In this document: positions 38,258 to 48,374 of the stretch, piece by piece
How the letters are laid out: every line of letters begins with the position of its first letter
How positions within the stretch are numbered: the first letter of the stretch is position 1
Source: Candidatus Omnitrophota bacterium
GTDB taxonomy: Bacteria > Omnitrophota > Gorgyraeia > Gygaellales > Profunditerraquicolaceae
Reading direction: 5' to 3'
DNA length: 64,000 nt
Assembly: GCA_025453395.1 (NCBI GenBank)
Contig: JALOQK010000002.1
Location: forward strand, 410,509 to 474,508
Position numbers and translations under genes: made by a program
The notes under the pieces: model-generated
The model's database searches: none
What the model was told of the DNA's origin: nothing
The model's input: only the letters and a program-made list of their open reading frames with translations

Positions 38258-40453
38258 TTAATTGTTTAATGACTGGGAACCTGTTTTGGGCTGGTGATAA
38301 CTCTGGTCAAGATTAAACTGCATTTCCGGAAAAGCCTTAAGCCTAAAAGCAATCCAGATACTTTGGCCGTTGCCTTTTGTTGTATTATAAATAAGCTCTG
38401 TCTCCCAGCAATGTAAATCCCTGATAATAGAATACTCCTGCTCCCGCAATCCTCTGCCGGTGGCGGCGGTATTGCTGAATTCAAAACGCTCATAAACACT
38501 GAATTTCCATTTAGGAGTAAGCCTCCATTGCGTGCTAAAAGTTAAATCCTTGCTGTCTTTTCTATGGTACCTCTGGCCGATTCCAATGCTTCGCTCCGGG
38601 GCAAAATTAAAACTTAAATCTGTGTTTATATCGGTAAGCTTATGCTGGTCCCGTGCCAGGGTGGTTTCATTGCTTAATGAAACCCAAGAATAAGGCAAGA
38701 GATCCAGATCAAATAGAAAATCGCCCAATGTCCCGCCTTCTTTATTGCTAGAAGACCTGAAAGTATAGGTATTTCTTACCCGCAAATCGGCTATATCCAC
38801 GCTTTTGCCGGCGCGCTTGGTCTGCAGCTTATTAGACAGCTCCAAAGAAGCGCTGTTGTTCAACTTCAGGGCGTCTATTTCATCTATCTGCTTAAGGCGG
38901 CTTTGGCTAACAGTAGGCTTAAAATTAAAATTATAAGAAACTGTGGGAGAAATAATATGCCTTAAACCGTTGATATCTAATTTCAAAAAATTAGTCTTAA
39001 CGTTAAAAAGCCGGTAGAATTTAGTGCTCATATCTGTTCCGGTATAAAATATAGAGCGCGGAGAAACCGAAGAGCCATTAACATCCTTATCATAATAGGT
39101 AATCCGCTCGCCCACAAAAGGGGCAAGCTTAAAAATGGAAAATCTAAAAGGAACGGATATCTGGTTGTAGGTATCAAATCTGGCCATATCCAAATAAGCG
39201 AAACCGCCTGTTACGCTAGCATCAGGGACTTTTTTGTTATAGTTAGCAAGGGAACTTAAGTTTTCAAAATATACAGGGCTATCCGCGAATATGGGAGTAT
39301 TCACTTTAGTGTATTTTAACTCCGGCAGCTTTTCCAAATCTGAATACCAGCCGTTTATTCTTTTTTGCACTAATAAATCCAGTGAAGAATTATCCATCAC
39401 ATGGCGCAGGGAAAAATAAGTAGACGGCTGCGCGTCTTTTTCATATTCACGGTAAAAATAGTCTTTCAGAAAATCATACTTATCGCCGTATAATTTACGC
39501 TTCGTATCTTTTTCTTTGAAATACTGCGCGAACATACTTGTGCGGTCAGTGATATCCCACTTATGCCGGTAACGTATAAGGTAACGCTCGAATTCATGGG
39601 AAGAATTAGAATCTGCTGCGGATATGCTATTTGAATTATCGCGTTCATGCGTATAGTAAACTTTAAAATCGCCCTTGCCAAAATCCAAAGAATCAAAATT
39701 AACCAGGTACCCCGGGGCAACCCCCAGTTTCTGGCGGTAATCCAAAAGAAGATTTCCCGTAACATTAGCAGTTAAGTCATGCCGCCACGCGGTCAACAAA
39801 TAAGCTCCCCAATTTTTCCTGATCCCCGGCGAGACCTGCACATGCATAAGCGGGTCCTTTAAACTCTGGGTTAAACTGGGCAGATATAAAATCGGTATTT
39901 GCGCCTTTTGCCCGAAAAAAAACAGATTATCCTTGGTCTCAACCCGTTCACCTACAAGAAAATCCATTTTCTTTGCCGCGATACGGTAATGCGGATGGTC
40001 AAAATTACAGGTAGTCAGATACGTGCGCAAAGCGCGCATCTGGACACTGCTTAAGCGGTTGATCTTCTGGCTCCTGCCAAAATAAGGATTGGCGCGAAAA
40101 TCAGCATCATAGATAACCCCGATGCCGCTATCAAGATTATAAGTCATCTTTTGCGCTTCTATGACACCTTGCGCGTCTTCTAAGCGCACTTTACCCTCGG
40201 CAACAGCATCACGGGTTTGAGTATCCACGCTTATTTTCTGGCAAAACAGCTTTGTCCCTTTATAAACAATCCTAACATTGCCAACGGCCAAAACATTTCT
40301 ATTGTCAGTAGAATATTCTACGGTATCGGCGTTGATATTAACTCCGGAAGGCTTCAAGGGCAGGATGTCTTCTTGCGCGAAAGAAAAACCAATAAAAGCA
40401 GTTATAAAATATAAGTTTATAAAGAAAGCGCGAAATAGATATTTTTTATTCAC
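38258..40453 (-). CDS. lptD: LPS assembly outer-membrane protein LptD-like
   Basis: Signal peptide from GTG 40453, OstA-like N-domain, TTC...PHY, beta-barrel with RDLHCW. Confidence 0.8.
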   Translation of the reverse strand: MNKKYLFRAFFINLYFITAFIGFSFAQEDILPLKPSGVNINADTVEYSTDNRNVLAVGNVRIVYKGTKLFCQKISVDTQTRDAVAEGKVRLEDAQGVIEAQKMTYNLDSGIGVIYDADFRANPYFGRSQKINRLSSVQMRALRTYLTTCNFDHPHYRIAAKKMDFLVGERVETKDNLFFFGQKAQIPILYLPSLTQSLKDPLMHVQVSPGIRKNWGAYLLTAWRHDLTANVTGNLLLDYRQKLGVAPGYLVNFDSLDFGKGDFKVYYTHERDNSNSISAADSNSSHEFERYLIRYRHKWDITDRTSMFAQYFKEKDTKRKLYGDKYDFLKDYFYREYEKDAQPSTYFSLRHVMDNSSLDLLVQKRINGWYSDLEKLPELKYTKVNTPIFADSPVYFENLSSLANYNKKVPDASVTGGFAYLDMARFDTYNQISVPFRFSIFKLAPFVGERITYYDKDVNGSSVSPRSIFYTGTDMSTKFYRLFNVKTNFLKLDINGLRHIISPTVSYNFNFKPTVSQSRLKQIDEIDALKLNNSASLELSNKLQTKRAGKSVDIADLRVRNTYTFRSSSNKEGGTLGDFLFDLDLLPYSWVSLSNETTLARDQHKLTDINTDLSFNFAPERSIGIGQRYHRKDSKDLTFSTQWRLTPKWKFSVYERFEFSNTAATGRGLREQEYSIIRDLHCWETELIYNTTKGNGQSIWIAFRLKAFPEMQFNLDQSYHQPKTGSQSLNN

Positions 40454-40457
40454 GAGT

Positions 40458-41105
40458 TTAACTTTTGGGGATTTTTTTATAATCTTCCAGAAAACGTTTG
40501 ACTCCAATATCAGTAAGCGGATGCTTGATCAACTGTTCAATTACCGCAAAAGGGATAGTTGCGATATCCGCCCCTTCTTTGGCGGCGTTTACCACATGCA
40601 TGGGATTGCGCACTGAGGCAACGATAATCTGCGTTTTAAACCCATAATTGGAATAAATCTGTTTTATGTCGCGGATCAGATCCATGCCTTCCAAACTTAT
40701 ATCATCAAGCCTGCCGATAAAAGGCGATATATAGGTAGCGTTGCATTTAGCGGTTAAAAGCGCCTGCGATGGAGAGAAACATAAAGTAACATTGGTCTTA
40801 ATAGATTCTGCGGACAAGATCTTGACCGCCTTTAAGCCGTCTTTGATAAGAGGTATTTTTACCACGATGTTCGGGGCGATCTTAGCCAGCACGCGCGCTT
40901 CTTTGAGCATTTCTTCAGTAGTCAGGCCAACAACTTCAGCGCTTACCGGCCCGGAAACACAGGCGCATATTTCTTTTAGAATCTGCATTGCCGGACGATT
41001 CTCCCGGGCAACAAGAGTAGGATTAGTAGTAACCCCGTCAATAACTCCCAGCTCTTGCGCCTGCTTTATTTCCTCAATGTTAGCTGTATCAATAAAGATC
41101 TTCAA
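40458..41105 (-). CDS. transaldolase / fructose-6-phosphate aldolase family
   Basis: [43 protein letters not shown]. Confidence 0.93.
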   Translation of the reverse strand: MKIFIDTANIEEIKQAQELGVIDGVTTNPTLVARENRPAMQILKEICACVSGPVSAEVVGLTTEEMLKEARVLAKIAPNIVVKIPLIKDGLKAVKILSAESIKTNVTLCFSPSQALLTAKCNATYISPFIGRLDDISLEGMDLIRDIKQIYSNYGFKTQIIVASVRNPMHVVNAAKEGADIATIPFAVIEQLIKHPLTDIGVKRFLEDYKKIPKS

Positions 41106-41143
41106 TTTGTCCCTCCGGTATATATATGGCGATAATGAAAAGT

Positions 41144-41172
41144 ATTCTATACTAAAGCAGCGGGCTTTTCAA
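41144..41172 (-). promoter_or_regulatory. sigma70-type promoter
   Basis: TTGAAA-17bp-TAGAAT. Confidence 0.55.
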
Positions 41173-41180
41173 GCAATATA

Positions 41181-41295
41181 TCAGCTTTCAGCCATCAGCC
41201 TTCAGCTTTCAGCAAAAACAAAAATACAATAAGGAAATACCCTGTTTAGTATTTATTATTTTTCTTTTAGCTGATGACTGATAGCTGATAGCTGA
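41181..41295. repeat. empty (non-coding) derivative of the TCAGC heptamer element
   Basis: 5x TCAGCNN, AAAAACAAAAATACAATAAGGAAATAC, then 4x inverted RRCTGAT; abuts the DGC stop. Confidence 0.8.
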
Positions 41296-42291
41296 TTAAC
41301 CCTGACAAACATATATTCGGTTACGCCCAGACTGTTTGGCTTTGTAAAGCGCCTGATCCGCCTTATCAATTAGTTCCTCCTGCGTCCGGCCGTGATCCGG
41401 GAAGAAAGACAAACCAATGCTTATGGTGGCTTTTAGCGTCTCATCATAGGCCTTAACCATGCCCTGTTCAATTGCCTGCCTTATACGTTCAGCCACAAAG
41501 ATGGCTTCTTCCATCTTGGTTTGGGGAAGAAGCAGGATAAATTCCTCTCCGCCAAAACGGCCCAAAAGATCAACCTGACGGCTGTTCTCCTTTATGGAAT
41601 TGCAGATATGCCGCAATATCTGATCCCCAACCAAATGCCCGTAACGGTCATTGCAATTCTTGAAGTGGTCCACATCGATCATCAGTATTGCGAATGTCAA
41701 ACCAAACCTTAATGAACGTTCCAACTCTTGAGCAAACCTTTCCAGATAATAACGCCGGTTAAAAATACCGGTTAGGCTATCAACAATAGACAACTCCTGC
41801 ACCTTAAGGTATAAAAACGCGCGTTTTAAAACAAGCATGAACTGATGCGTTAATATATCAAACTTCTCGCGGTCTTTTTCAGACAAACCCTTGATCAGCA
41901 AATATCCTGCGGCAGGCGAGCCTTTTTGCAGGATAAAAGGGATAACTTCATACCCCAGGACATCTTTTAGATTAGCCGTCTGCCGGACAAACCTGCAGTC
42001 CTGAAAATCTATGTGGCGCTCAATCTCTTCGCGAAAGACCATAAAAAGCTTATCCTCATCAAGATATTTACTGATTTCTTTGGTGATGGTATAAAGTTCC
42101 ATGGTATCAGAGGCATCCCTCTCTATCAAGGCGACCTGCGCTTCAAGCTCTTTATTTTGAGCGTATAGATCATGATAATGCTGCTGCATCTGCTTAGAGC
42201 TTAGAGAAAATTTGAATAATCTTTCCCTGAACCAAAACCTCAAATAGAAAAAACAATATAAAATAAGCGATATAAGTACGGCTATTTTCAT
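41296..42291 (-). CDS. diguanylate cyclase (TM-coiled coil-GGDEF)
   Basis: DSLTGIFNRR, DVDHFK..ND.YGH..GD, RQVD I-site, GGEEF; ATGA overlap with upstream gene. Confidence 0.92.
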   Translation of the reverse strand: MKIAVLISLILYCFFYLRFWFRERLFKFSLSSKQMQQHYHDLYAQNKELEAQVALIERDASDTMELYTITKEISKYLDEDKLFMVFREEIERHIDFQDCRFVRQTANLKDVLGYEVIPFILQKGSPAAGYLLIKGLSEKDREKFDILTHQFMLVLKRAFLYLKVQELSIVDSLTGIFNRRYYLERFAQELERSLRFGLTFAILMIDVDHFKNCNDRYGHLVGDQILRHICNSIKENSRQVDLLGRFGGEEFILLLPQTKMEEAIFVAERIRQAIEQGMVKAYDETLKATISIGLSFFPDHGRTQEELIDKADQALYKAKQSGRNRIYVCQG

Positions 42292-43568
42292 AAACAAACC
42301 ACCCTGTTTCTGCCTTTATCTTTGGCCTTATACAGCATCATGTCCGCCTTCAACATCAACTCTTCTTCGTTAGAAGCGTCATCAGGAAAACACGCAGCCC
42401 CTATTGAAACAGTAACACTGGTTTTTTTGCGGCGCAGCTCAATCTGTATCTGCTCAACTTCTTTGCGCATTTTCTCAGCTATCTGCTTAACTTCCGGTTT
42501 TGACATAGTAGGGATAAAAATACAAAACTCTTCTCCGCCAAAACGGCTTGCCACTGCGTCATGGCCCTTTAAGACCCCTAAAATGCATCTGGACAGCTCT
42601 CTTAAAACTATATCGCCGGCAGTATGGCCAAATTTATCGTTATAAGACTTAAAATAATCTATATCAAGCATTATAACCGAAAGGGCATGTTTTTTAGCCA
42701 AACAGCGGGCATATTCCTCTTTTAAACACTGCAAGAAATGCCCTTTGGTGTAAAGCTGCGTTAAACCATCACGCAAAGCCAGCTCTTCAGTATGCTCAAA
42801 CAACTCGCTATTTTCTAAGGCTACCGCCCCCAACTCTGATAGAGTAACCAGAAATCTTAAATCATCTTGTGAAAAACAGGACTGCTGGGAGCTTTCTAAC
42901 CTTAACGCGCCTATAAACCTGTTATTGGCGATAAGCGGCGCGATGATAACTGAAGATATACCCCTTGTCCTCTCGCTTTCTATCGCCTCAACATCAAAAC
43001 GAAAATCACTTTTAACGTCTCCAATCAAAAGAGGCGTCATATGCCTTAATACCCAAATATCAAAGATGTCACCCTGTTTCTGCTTGATCACCAGATGCCG
43101 GTCTTCTTTCTTGGTTTTGAAAATAGCCAGATTCTGCGTCTTCTGATCTATAAGATACAGTATGCAGCTGCCCCTGCTATTTCCTATTAAATGAAAGGCG
43201 ATTTCCGTCAAACAGTTAGCAGTGGTTTCCAAATCCAGGCTCTGGTTGATATCCTGCACTATCTCTTTAAGCTGGTTGTAACGGCCTATTTTTTCTTTTA
43301 GAGAAGAACGTATTGCCTGATAATGGCGGTTTTGCGCGGTAATAAGGTTGATTTTTTCTTCGCTGCGGCTTATGGCAAGCTTAAAGTTATCTTTATTGCT
43401 TAAGTAGGCCATAAAGGAAAGATAGCCTATCAAGCCGATAATAAAGTAAAACAAAAATATGATTTTTAAAGAGGAGCTGTTAAGCGGAGAGAAAAGAACA
43501 AGCGGAATTCCGATATAGGCAAACGGCAAAAGGTAATTATAGAAACCTGCGCTATTATTCTTGGGCAC
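42288..43568 (-). CDS. diguanylate cyclase (2TM-GAF-GGDEF)
   Basis: GAF (IIAPLI...IGAL, FSQDDLRFL), DIDYFKSYND.FGH, GGEEF; no RxxD. Confidence 0.92.
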   Translation of the reverse strand: MPKNNSAGFYNYLLPFAYIGIPLVLFSPLNSSSLKIIFLFYFIIGLIGYLSFMAYLSNKDNFKLAISRSEEKINLITAQNRHYQAIRSSLKEKIGRYNQLKEIVQDINQSLDLETTANCLTEIAFHLIGNSRGSCILYLIDQKTQNLAIFKTKKEDRHLVIKQKQGDIFDIWVLRHMTPLLIGDVKSDFRFDVEAIESERTRGISSVIIAPLIANNRFIGALRLESSQQSCFSQDDLRFLVTLSELGAVALENSELFEHTEELALRDGLTQLYTKGHFLQCLKEEYARCLAKKHALSVIMLDIDYFKSYNDKFGHTAGDIVLRELSRCILGVLKGHDAVASRFGGEEFCIFIPTMSKPEVKQIAEKMRKEVEQIQIELRRKKTSVTVSIGAACFPDDASNEEELMLKADMMLYKAKDKGRNRVVCL

Positions 43569-43610
43569 GATTTATTTTAACACTAAGATTAGCAAAGAAT
43601 CAAGAAAAGA

Positions 43611-44714
43611 TTAGGCTATAGCCTCTTCGGTGTCTTTGGCAAAAAAATGCACCTTGCTCATGTCAAAAACAACATCTATGTCCTGATTTACCCGCGGCCG
43701 ATTGTGGGAGGCGACCCGGGCGATAAAGGTATGCTTTCCGGTATTAAGGTGCAAATACACTTCCGAGCCCATAGGCTCAACTACCTCACAAGTAACCCTA
43801 ACAATATTCTCCGCAGGCGCCTCTGAAACAAAAAGCTTGTCATAGATATCTTCGGATCTTATTCCTAACACAACCTCTTTTCCGCTGTAAGCAATAATCC
43901 TACTATACATATCTTCCACTATCTTGACTTTAATAATCCCCTCGTCAAAATAAAATTTTCCATCTTTCTTAATAATCTTTCCGTTGATGAAATTCATTGG
44001 CGGGGAGCCGATAAAACCTGCCACGAACTTATTTTTCGGCTGGTCATAAATGGTGATCGGATCAGCCACCTGCTGGATCACTCCTTCTTTCATAACCGCG
44101 ATCCTATCCCCCATAGTCATGGCCTCAATCTGATCATGGGTAACGTAAATAATCGTAGTCTGTAAACGAATATGCAATTTATGTATTTCGGTGCGCATAT
44201 TAACGCGAAGCTTCGCGTCAAGGTTGCTTAAGGGTTCATCAAAAAGAAAAACAAGCGGCTTTCTGACAATCGCCCTGCCTACAGCTACACGTTGACGCTC
44301 TCCGCCTGAAAGCTCGCGCGGCTTACGGCCCAAAAGATGTTTTAAGCCCAATATCTGCGCGGCATCATTTACGCGCTGGATAATCTCCTGCTTGGGATAA
44401 TGCCTTAACTTCAGCCCAAACGCCATATTCTCAAAAACAGTCATATGAGGATAAAGGGCGTAATTCTGAAAAACCATAGCGATATCCCGGTCTTTTGCCG
44501 GCACATCGTTGACCATTTTATCGCCGATATAAATACTGCCTTCGCTTATTTCTTCCAGGCCGGCGATCATCCTTAAGGTAGTGGATTTGCCGCAGCCGGA
44601 AGGCCCCACTATAATCATAAACTCTTTATTCTCTATACTTAAGTTTATCCGCTCAACGGCCCTGGTGCCGTTGGGATAGATTTTGGATATATTATTTAAG
44701 CTTACCTGCGCCAT
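43611..44714 (-). CDS. carbohydrate ABC transporter ATP-binding protein (MalK/MsmX/UgpC family)
   Basis: GPSGCGKST, FQNYALYPHMTV, LSGGERQR, DEPLSNLDAKLR, TOBE domain. Confidence 0.93.
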   Translation of the reverse strand: MAQVSLNNISKIYPNGTRAVERINLSIENKEFMIIVGPSGCGKSTTLRMIAGLEEISEGSIYIGDKMVNDVPAKDRDIAMVFQNYALYPHMTVFENMAFGLKLRHYPKQEIIQRVNDAAQILGLKHLLGRKPRELSGGERQRVAVGRAIVRKPLVFLFDEPLSNLDAKLRVNMRTEIHKLHIRLQTTIIYVTHDQIEAMTMGDRIAVMKEGVIQQVADPITIYDQPKNKFVAGFIGSPPMNFINGKIIKKDGKFYFDEGIIKVKIVEDMYSRIIAYSGKEVVLGIRSEDIYDKLFVSEAPAENIVRVTCEVVEPMGSEVYLHLNTGKHTFIARVASHNRPRVNQDIDVVFDMSKVHFFAKDTEEAIA

Positions 44715-44727
44715 TTCATCCTCATTA

Positions 44728-45567
44728 TTAACAAAAATATTCAAGCAGACGGCTTAATGACTGTTTCATATCCTTACGGTTGACAATCATATCAATCATG
44801 CCGTGCTCTAAAAGAAATTCTGAACGTTGAAATCCTGGGGGAAGTTTCTGGCGAATAGTCTGCTCAATGACCCTGGGGCCGGTAAATCCGATCAAAGCCT
44901 TTGGTTCAGCAACCGTAATATCCCCCAAGGCGGCAAAAGAAGCCATAACTCCTGCCATAGTAGGGTTGGTCAAAACAGATATAAACAATAATTTGGCTTT
45001 ATGGTGATAGGAAAGAGCAGCCGATGTTTTTGCCATCTGCATGAGGCTGAACATCCCCTCATACATCCTCGCCCCGCCGCCTGAACCAGAAACGATAATA
45101 ACTGGAAGCTTCTTTTTGGTCGCGCTTTCTATAGCCCGGGTTATTTTCTCTCCCACCACAGAGCCCATTGAGCCCATAATAAAACGCGAATCTGTTGCCG
45201 CGATAACAACTTTCCTATTATCCAAAAGCCCTTCCCCTGTGACAGCAGCATCTTTTAATCCGGTTGCATCCTGATCCTGCTTGAGTTTTTCCTTGTATGT
45301 CTTTGGCCCCTTAAAATCCAAAGGGTCAGATGATAGCATATCTTTATCGTATTCCTCAAAGGTGGGCTTATCGATTAAAAGATTCACTCTTTCATAAGCG
45401 CCTAAAACAAAATGAAAATTACATTTGGGGCAGACTTTAAGATTTTCTTCTAAGGTCTTATTGTAAAGCGGCTGGGAACACTCTTCGCACTTGGTCCAAA
45501 GACCCTCAGGGATCTCTTTCTTCTTCACTCGCACAATTGTGTACTTTGGTTTTCCAAATAGCGCCAT
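44728..45567 (-). CDS. accD: acetyl-CoA carboxylase carboxyltransferase beta subunit
   Basis: PEGLWTKC..C...CPKC zinc finger, GSMGSVVGEKI, GPRVIEQTI. Confidence 0.95.
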   Translation of the reverse strand: MALFGKPKYTIVRVKKKEIPEGLWTKCEECSQPLYNKTLEENLKVCPKCNFHFVLGAYERVNLLIDKPTFEEYDKDMLSSDPLDFKGPKTYKEKLKQDQDATGLKDAAVTGEGLLDNRKVVIAATDSRFIMGSMGSVVGEKITRAIESATKKKLPVIIVSGSGGGARMYEGMFSLMQMAKTSAALSYHHKAKLLFISVLTNPTMAGVMASFAALGDITVAEPKALIGFTGPRVIEQTIRQKLPPGFQRSEFLLEHGMIDMIVNRKDMKQSLSRLLEYFC

Positions 45568-45582
45568 ATTTACCTCATAACC

Positions 45583-46857
45583 CTAAAACTTATTGATCAC
45601 CAAACCTGAAAGTACTTTTGGATAAAAATAGGTTGATTTTGAAGGCATCCTTTCGCCTCTTAAGGCAACATTGATGATCTCTTCCATCTTCGCAGGGTTT
45701 AAAATAAAAACTATTCCCCCTGGCTCTTTATCAAGCTTGCGCATCAATTCCTGCGCATCGTGATGAAAGATTATTTTACTTTTATCCTCTATATCCATGC
45801 CTAAGGCCTTATTTAAAACAAGGTAATTAAATATGCATACCCCCAGCCTTCTATATTCTTTGGGCTTATCCGCAATTACCTTATCTAAAATCTTAATATT
45901 TTTCAATCTCAACAGCCAGAATTTCTTGTCTATATACATGCCGATGACCTGCTCGTTCATAGCGGCCTTCTGCATAAGAAAGGTAAAACGCGCAGAATCC
46001 TTAACCTCTTCTACATCAAAATTTTCTCTTAAAAGCTCTTTAAAGGACTCAAAGTTAAACCCCGATGGCAGATGGACAAAGCGATGAATAGGAAGAATAC
46101 TTAACCCCCGCGCGTCGGTATTAGTAAAATAAGTCATCAGGTAATTAAACCCTTCGGCCCCGTCCAAAGAACCCAATTTCTTGCGCATGTGCTCCCGATA
46201 AAGGCAGGCCACTTCATAACGATGGTGCCCGTCGGCAATAAATATTTCTTCGTCCTGCATCTTAGATTGTATGCTCTTTAATAATTCCGGTTCGTCCACT
46301 CTCCAGATCTTATGCTTAACGCTGTCAGGGTCAACAACCTGCATAGAGCACGGCAAATTCTTTATATAAGACGAAAACACCTGGCGGATAACTCGTTTCT
46401 TGTCGGGGAATATGGCAAAAATCGGGCTTAAATTGGCATGCACCTTAGAAAGTAATTTAAAGCGGTCTTCTTTGGGCTCGCAACGGGTATATTCATGCTT
46501 GAATACGGGGGATGATTTATCCTCTAACTCTAAAAGCGAGATAAAACCAAAACGGGTCTTCTTTTCTCCTAGAATATTATATTCCTGGCTATAAAAATAT
46601 ATTGCGGGTTTGGCATCTTTGGTCAGGATATCCTGCTTTATCCAATCCTGAAACATCCTTCCCGCGCGCGCGTATTTATCATCATCCGGGATATCCTTGC
46701 CTAAAAGCAAATGGATTAAATTATAGGGGCTTTGTTTATGGTAAAATTCCTGCTGTTTCTGGGAAATAACGTCATACGGAGGGCAAGTAACCCGAGATAA
46801 ATCTGCTACCTTATTCTGGTTATAGACTAAAGCGCTAAAGGGTTTTATTTTTGCCAT
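45583..46857 (-). CDS. DUF1015 family protein
   Basis: PPYDVIS, HE.T, IADGHHRY, MPSKSTYFYPK. Confidence 0.9.
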   Translation of the reverse strand: MAKIKPFSALVYNQNKVADLSRVTCPPYDVISQKQQEFYHKQSPYNLIHLLLGKDIPDDDKYARAGRMFQDWIKQDILTKDAKPAIYFYSQEYNILGEKKTRFGFISLLELEDKSSPVFKHEYTRCEPKEDRFKLLSKVHANLSPIFAIFPDKKRVIRQVFSSYIKNLPCSMQVVDPDSVKHKIWRVDEPELLKSIQSKMQDEEIFIADGHHRYEVACLYREHMRKKLGSLDGAEGFNYLMTYFTNTDARGLSILPIHRFVHLPSGFNFESFKELLRENFDVEEVKDSARFTFLMQKAAMNEQVIGMYIDKKFWLLRLKNIKILDKVIADKPKEYRRLGVCIFNYLVLNKALGMDIEDKSKIIFHHDAQELMRKLDKEPGGIVFILNPAKMEEIINVALRGERMPSKSTYFYPKVLSGLVINKF

Positions 46858-46862
46858 ATATT

Positions 46863-47120
46863 TTACTGGTGATGCTTACAAGAAGCGCATCCATCTTTAC
46901 TTTTTGGACAGGTTTCCGGGACAGGCGCCTTGGAAGGGCTCTTTTTGTAATCTGTGGCATAAAAACCTGACCCTTTAAAAATAATCCCTGAACCGCTTCC
47001 GATAAGCCGGCGCAGTTTTTTCTTGCATTTAGGGCAAGACTTGAGTGGCGCTTCAGTCATCTTCTGGACAACCTCAAAACGATGCGCGCAAGACAAGCAT
47101 TCATATTCATAAGTAGGCAT
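46863..47120 (-). CDS. FmdB-family zinc-ribbon protein
   Basis: MPTYEYEC..C.HRFE...CPKC...FKGSGFYATDY. Confidence 0.9.
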   Translation of the reverse strand: MPTYEYECLSCAHRFEVVQKMTEAPLKSCPKCKKKLRRLIGSGSGIIFKGSGFYATDYKKSPSKAPVPETCPKSKDGCASCKHHQ

Positions 47121-47129
47121 TAATTACTC

Positions 47130-48284
47130 CTATCTAAAAGTCTTTCGTATCCTATCTGTAAAACTGTCTTTGCCGGTGCCTTCCGGTGAAACGCGGGCGA
47201 ATTCTTCCATTGCCTTTCTTTGTTCCTGATTTAAATTTCTGGGTATTTCCACGTCAACCTTGACTAATTGATCGCCGATTTCTCTTGTATGCACGTCTGG
47301 CATGCCTTTTTCTTTAAGCCTGAATACGCTTGCGGATTGCGTTCCGGCAGGGATCTTCATAGAAACTTTGCCAGAAAGAGTAGGCACTTCTACTTGCGCG
47401 CCTAAAACAGCTTTTGCAAGGCTGACCTTGATTTCTGTGATAAGGTCGTTTCCATGGCGCTCTAAGAACGGATGGGCAGATACTTCTATCGCCACATACA
47501 AATCCCCTCTGCCAGCTGTCCCGTATTCACCTTCCTGCCTGATCCTAAGATTAGACCCCGTATCTACGCCCGCGGGGATCTTGACTTTTATTTTACGGGT
47601 AACTTTAACCCTGCCTTGGCCCTTGCATTCCGGACAGGCAGATTGGATAACACTTCCTTCACCTGAACAGGCAGTACAGGTTTGCGCCACCTGAAAGAAG
47701 CCATTAGAGGCAATTATTCTACCACTGCCCCGGCATTTAGAGCAAGTATTTTTCTTGCTTCCGGGCTTAGCCCCTGTGCCAGAACAAACTGCGCATACTT
47801 CGTAACGGGGCAGATTAATCGTCTTTTCAACACCCTGATAAGCCTCTTCCAGGGTTATATTTACGGCGATCTCTAAATCTCGTCCTCTGCGGCTGCGGTT
47901 GCCGCGCCGGCCTTGGGAGCCAAAAATATCAAACCCTAGGTCACTAAAGACTTCCTCAAATAGTCCTCCCCCAACCCCAAAATCACCCATCCCCTGAAAA
48001 ACACTGTTAAAATCCGCGCCCTTAAAGATATCCTCATAAGCGTATTTCTGGTCAATGCCTGAATGCCCATATTGATCATATAAGGCGCGCTTATTGGCGT
48101 CAGAAAGAATAGCATAAGCTTCGGAGATCTCTTTAAATTTCTCCTCGGCTTCTTTTTTCTGCTCTTGAGGCACACGGTCAGGATGAAAGCGCAAGGCCAT
48201 CTGACGGTACGCGTTCTTTACCTCATCCAGGCTTGCGCCTTTTTTGATCCCCAGGATCTCGTAATAATCACGTTTGGTAGACAT
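47130..48284 (-). CDS. dnaJ: chaperone DnaJ
   Basis: J-domain HPD, four CxxCxGxG. Confidence 0.97.
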   Translation of the reverse strand: MSTKRDYYEILGIKKGASLDEVKNAYRQMALRFHPDRVPQEQKKEAEEKFKEISEAYAILSDANKRALYDQYGHSGIDQKYAYEDIFKGADFNSVFQGMGDFGVGGGLFEEVFSDLGFDIFGSQGRRGNRSRRGRDLEIAVNITLEEAYQGVEKTINLPRYEVCAVCSGTGAKPGSKKNTCSKCRGSGRIIASNGFFQVAQTCTACSGEGSVIQSACPECKGQGRVKVTRKIKVKIPAGVDTGSNLRIRQEGEYGTAGRGDLYVAIEVSAHPFLERHGNDLITEIKVSLAKAVLGAQVEVPTLSGKVSMKIPAGTQSASVFRLKEKGMPDVHTREIGDQLVKVDVEIPRNLNQEQRKAMEEFARVSPEGTGKDSFTDRIRKTFR

Positions 48285-48374
48285 AGAAGCGTAAAGGTTA
48301 AAGCGAAAAGCGTAAAACCAAAATTTAAAATTTTAAATTGTAGTTTTGCGCTTTACGCTTTTAGTTTTTAGTTT
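48285..48374. repeat. heptamer-periodic hairpin (AAGCGWA family) filling the dnaK-dnaJ gap
   Basis: AAGCGTA AAGGTTA AAGCGAA AAGCGTA AAACCAA AATTTAA | TTTTAAATT...TTGCGCT TTACGCT TTTAGTT TTTAGTT. Confidence 0.8.

Noticed and set aside
40454-40507. LptD N-terminal extension overlapping transaldolase
   Set aside because: GTG at 40453 gives a clean signal peptide and removes the overlap
43611-44714. Orphan sugar ABC ATPase as a novelty
   Set aside because: Shared stand-alone MsmX/MsmK-type ATPases are well known
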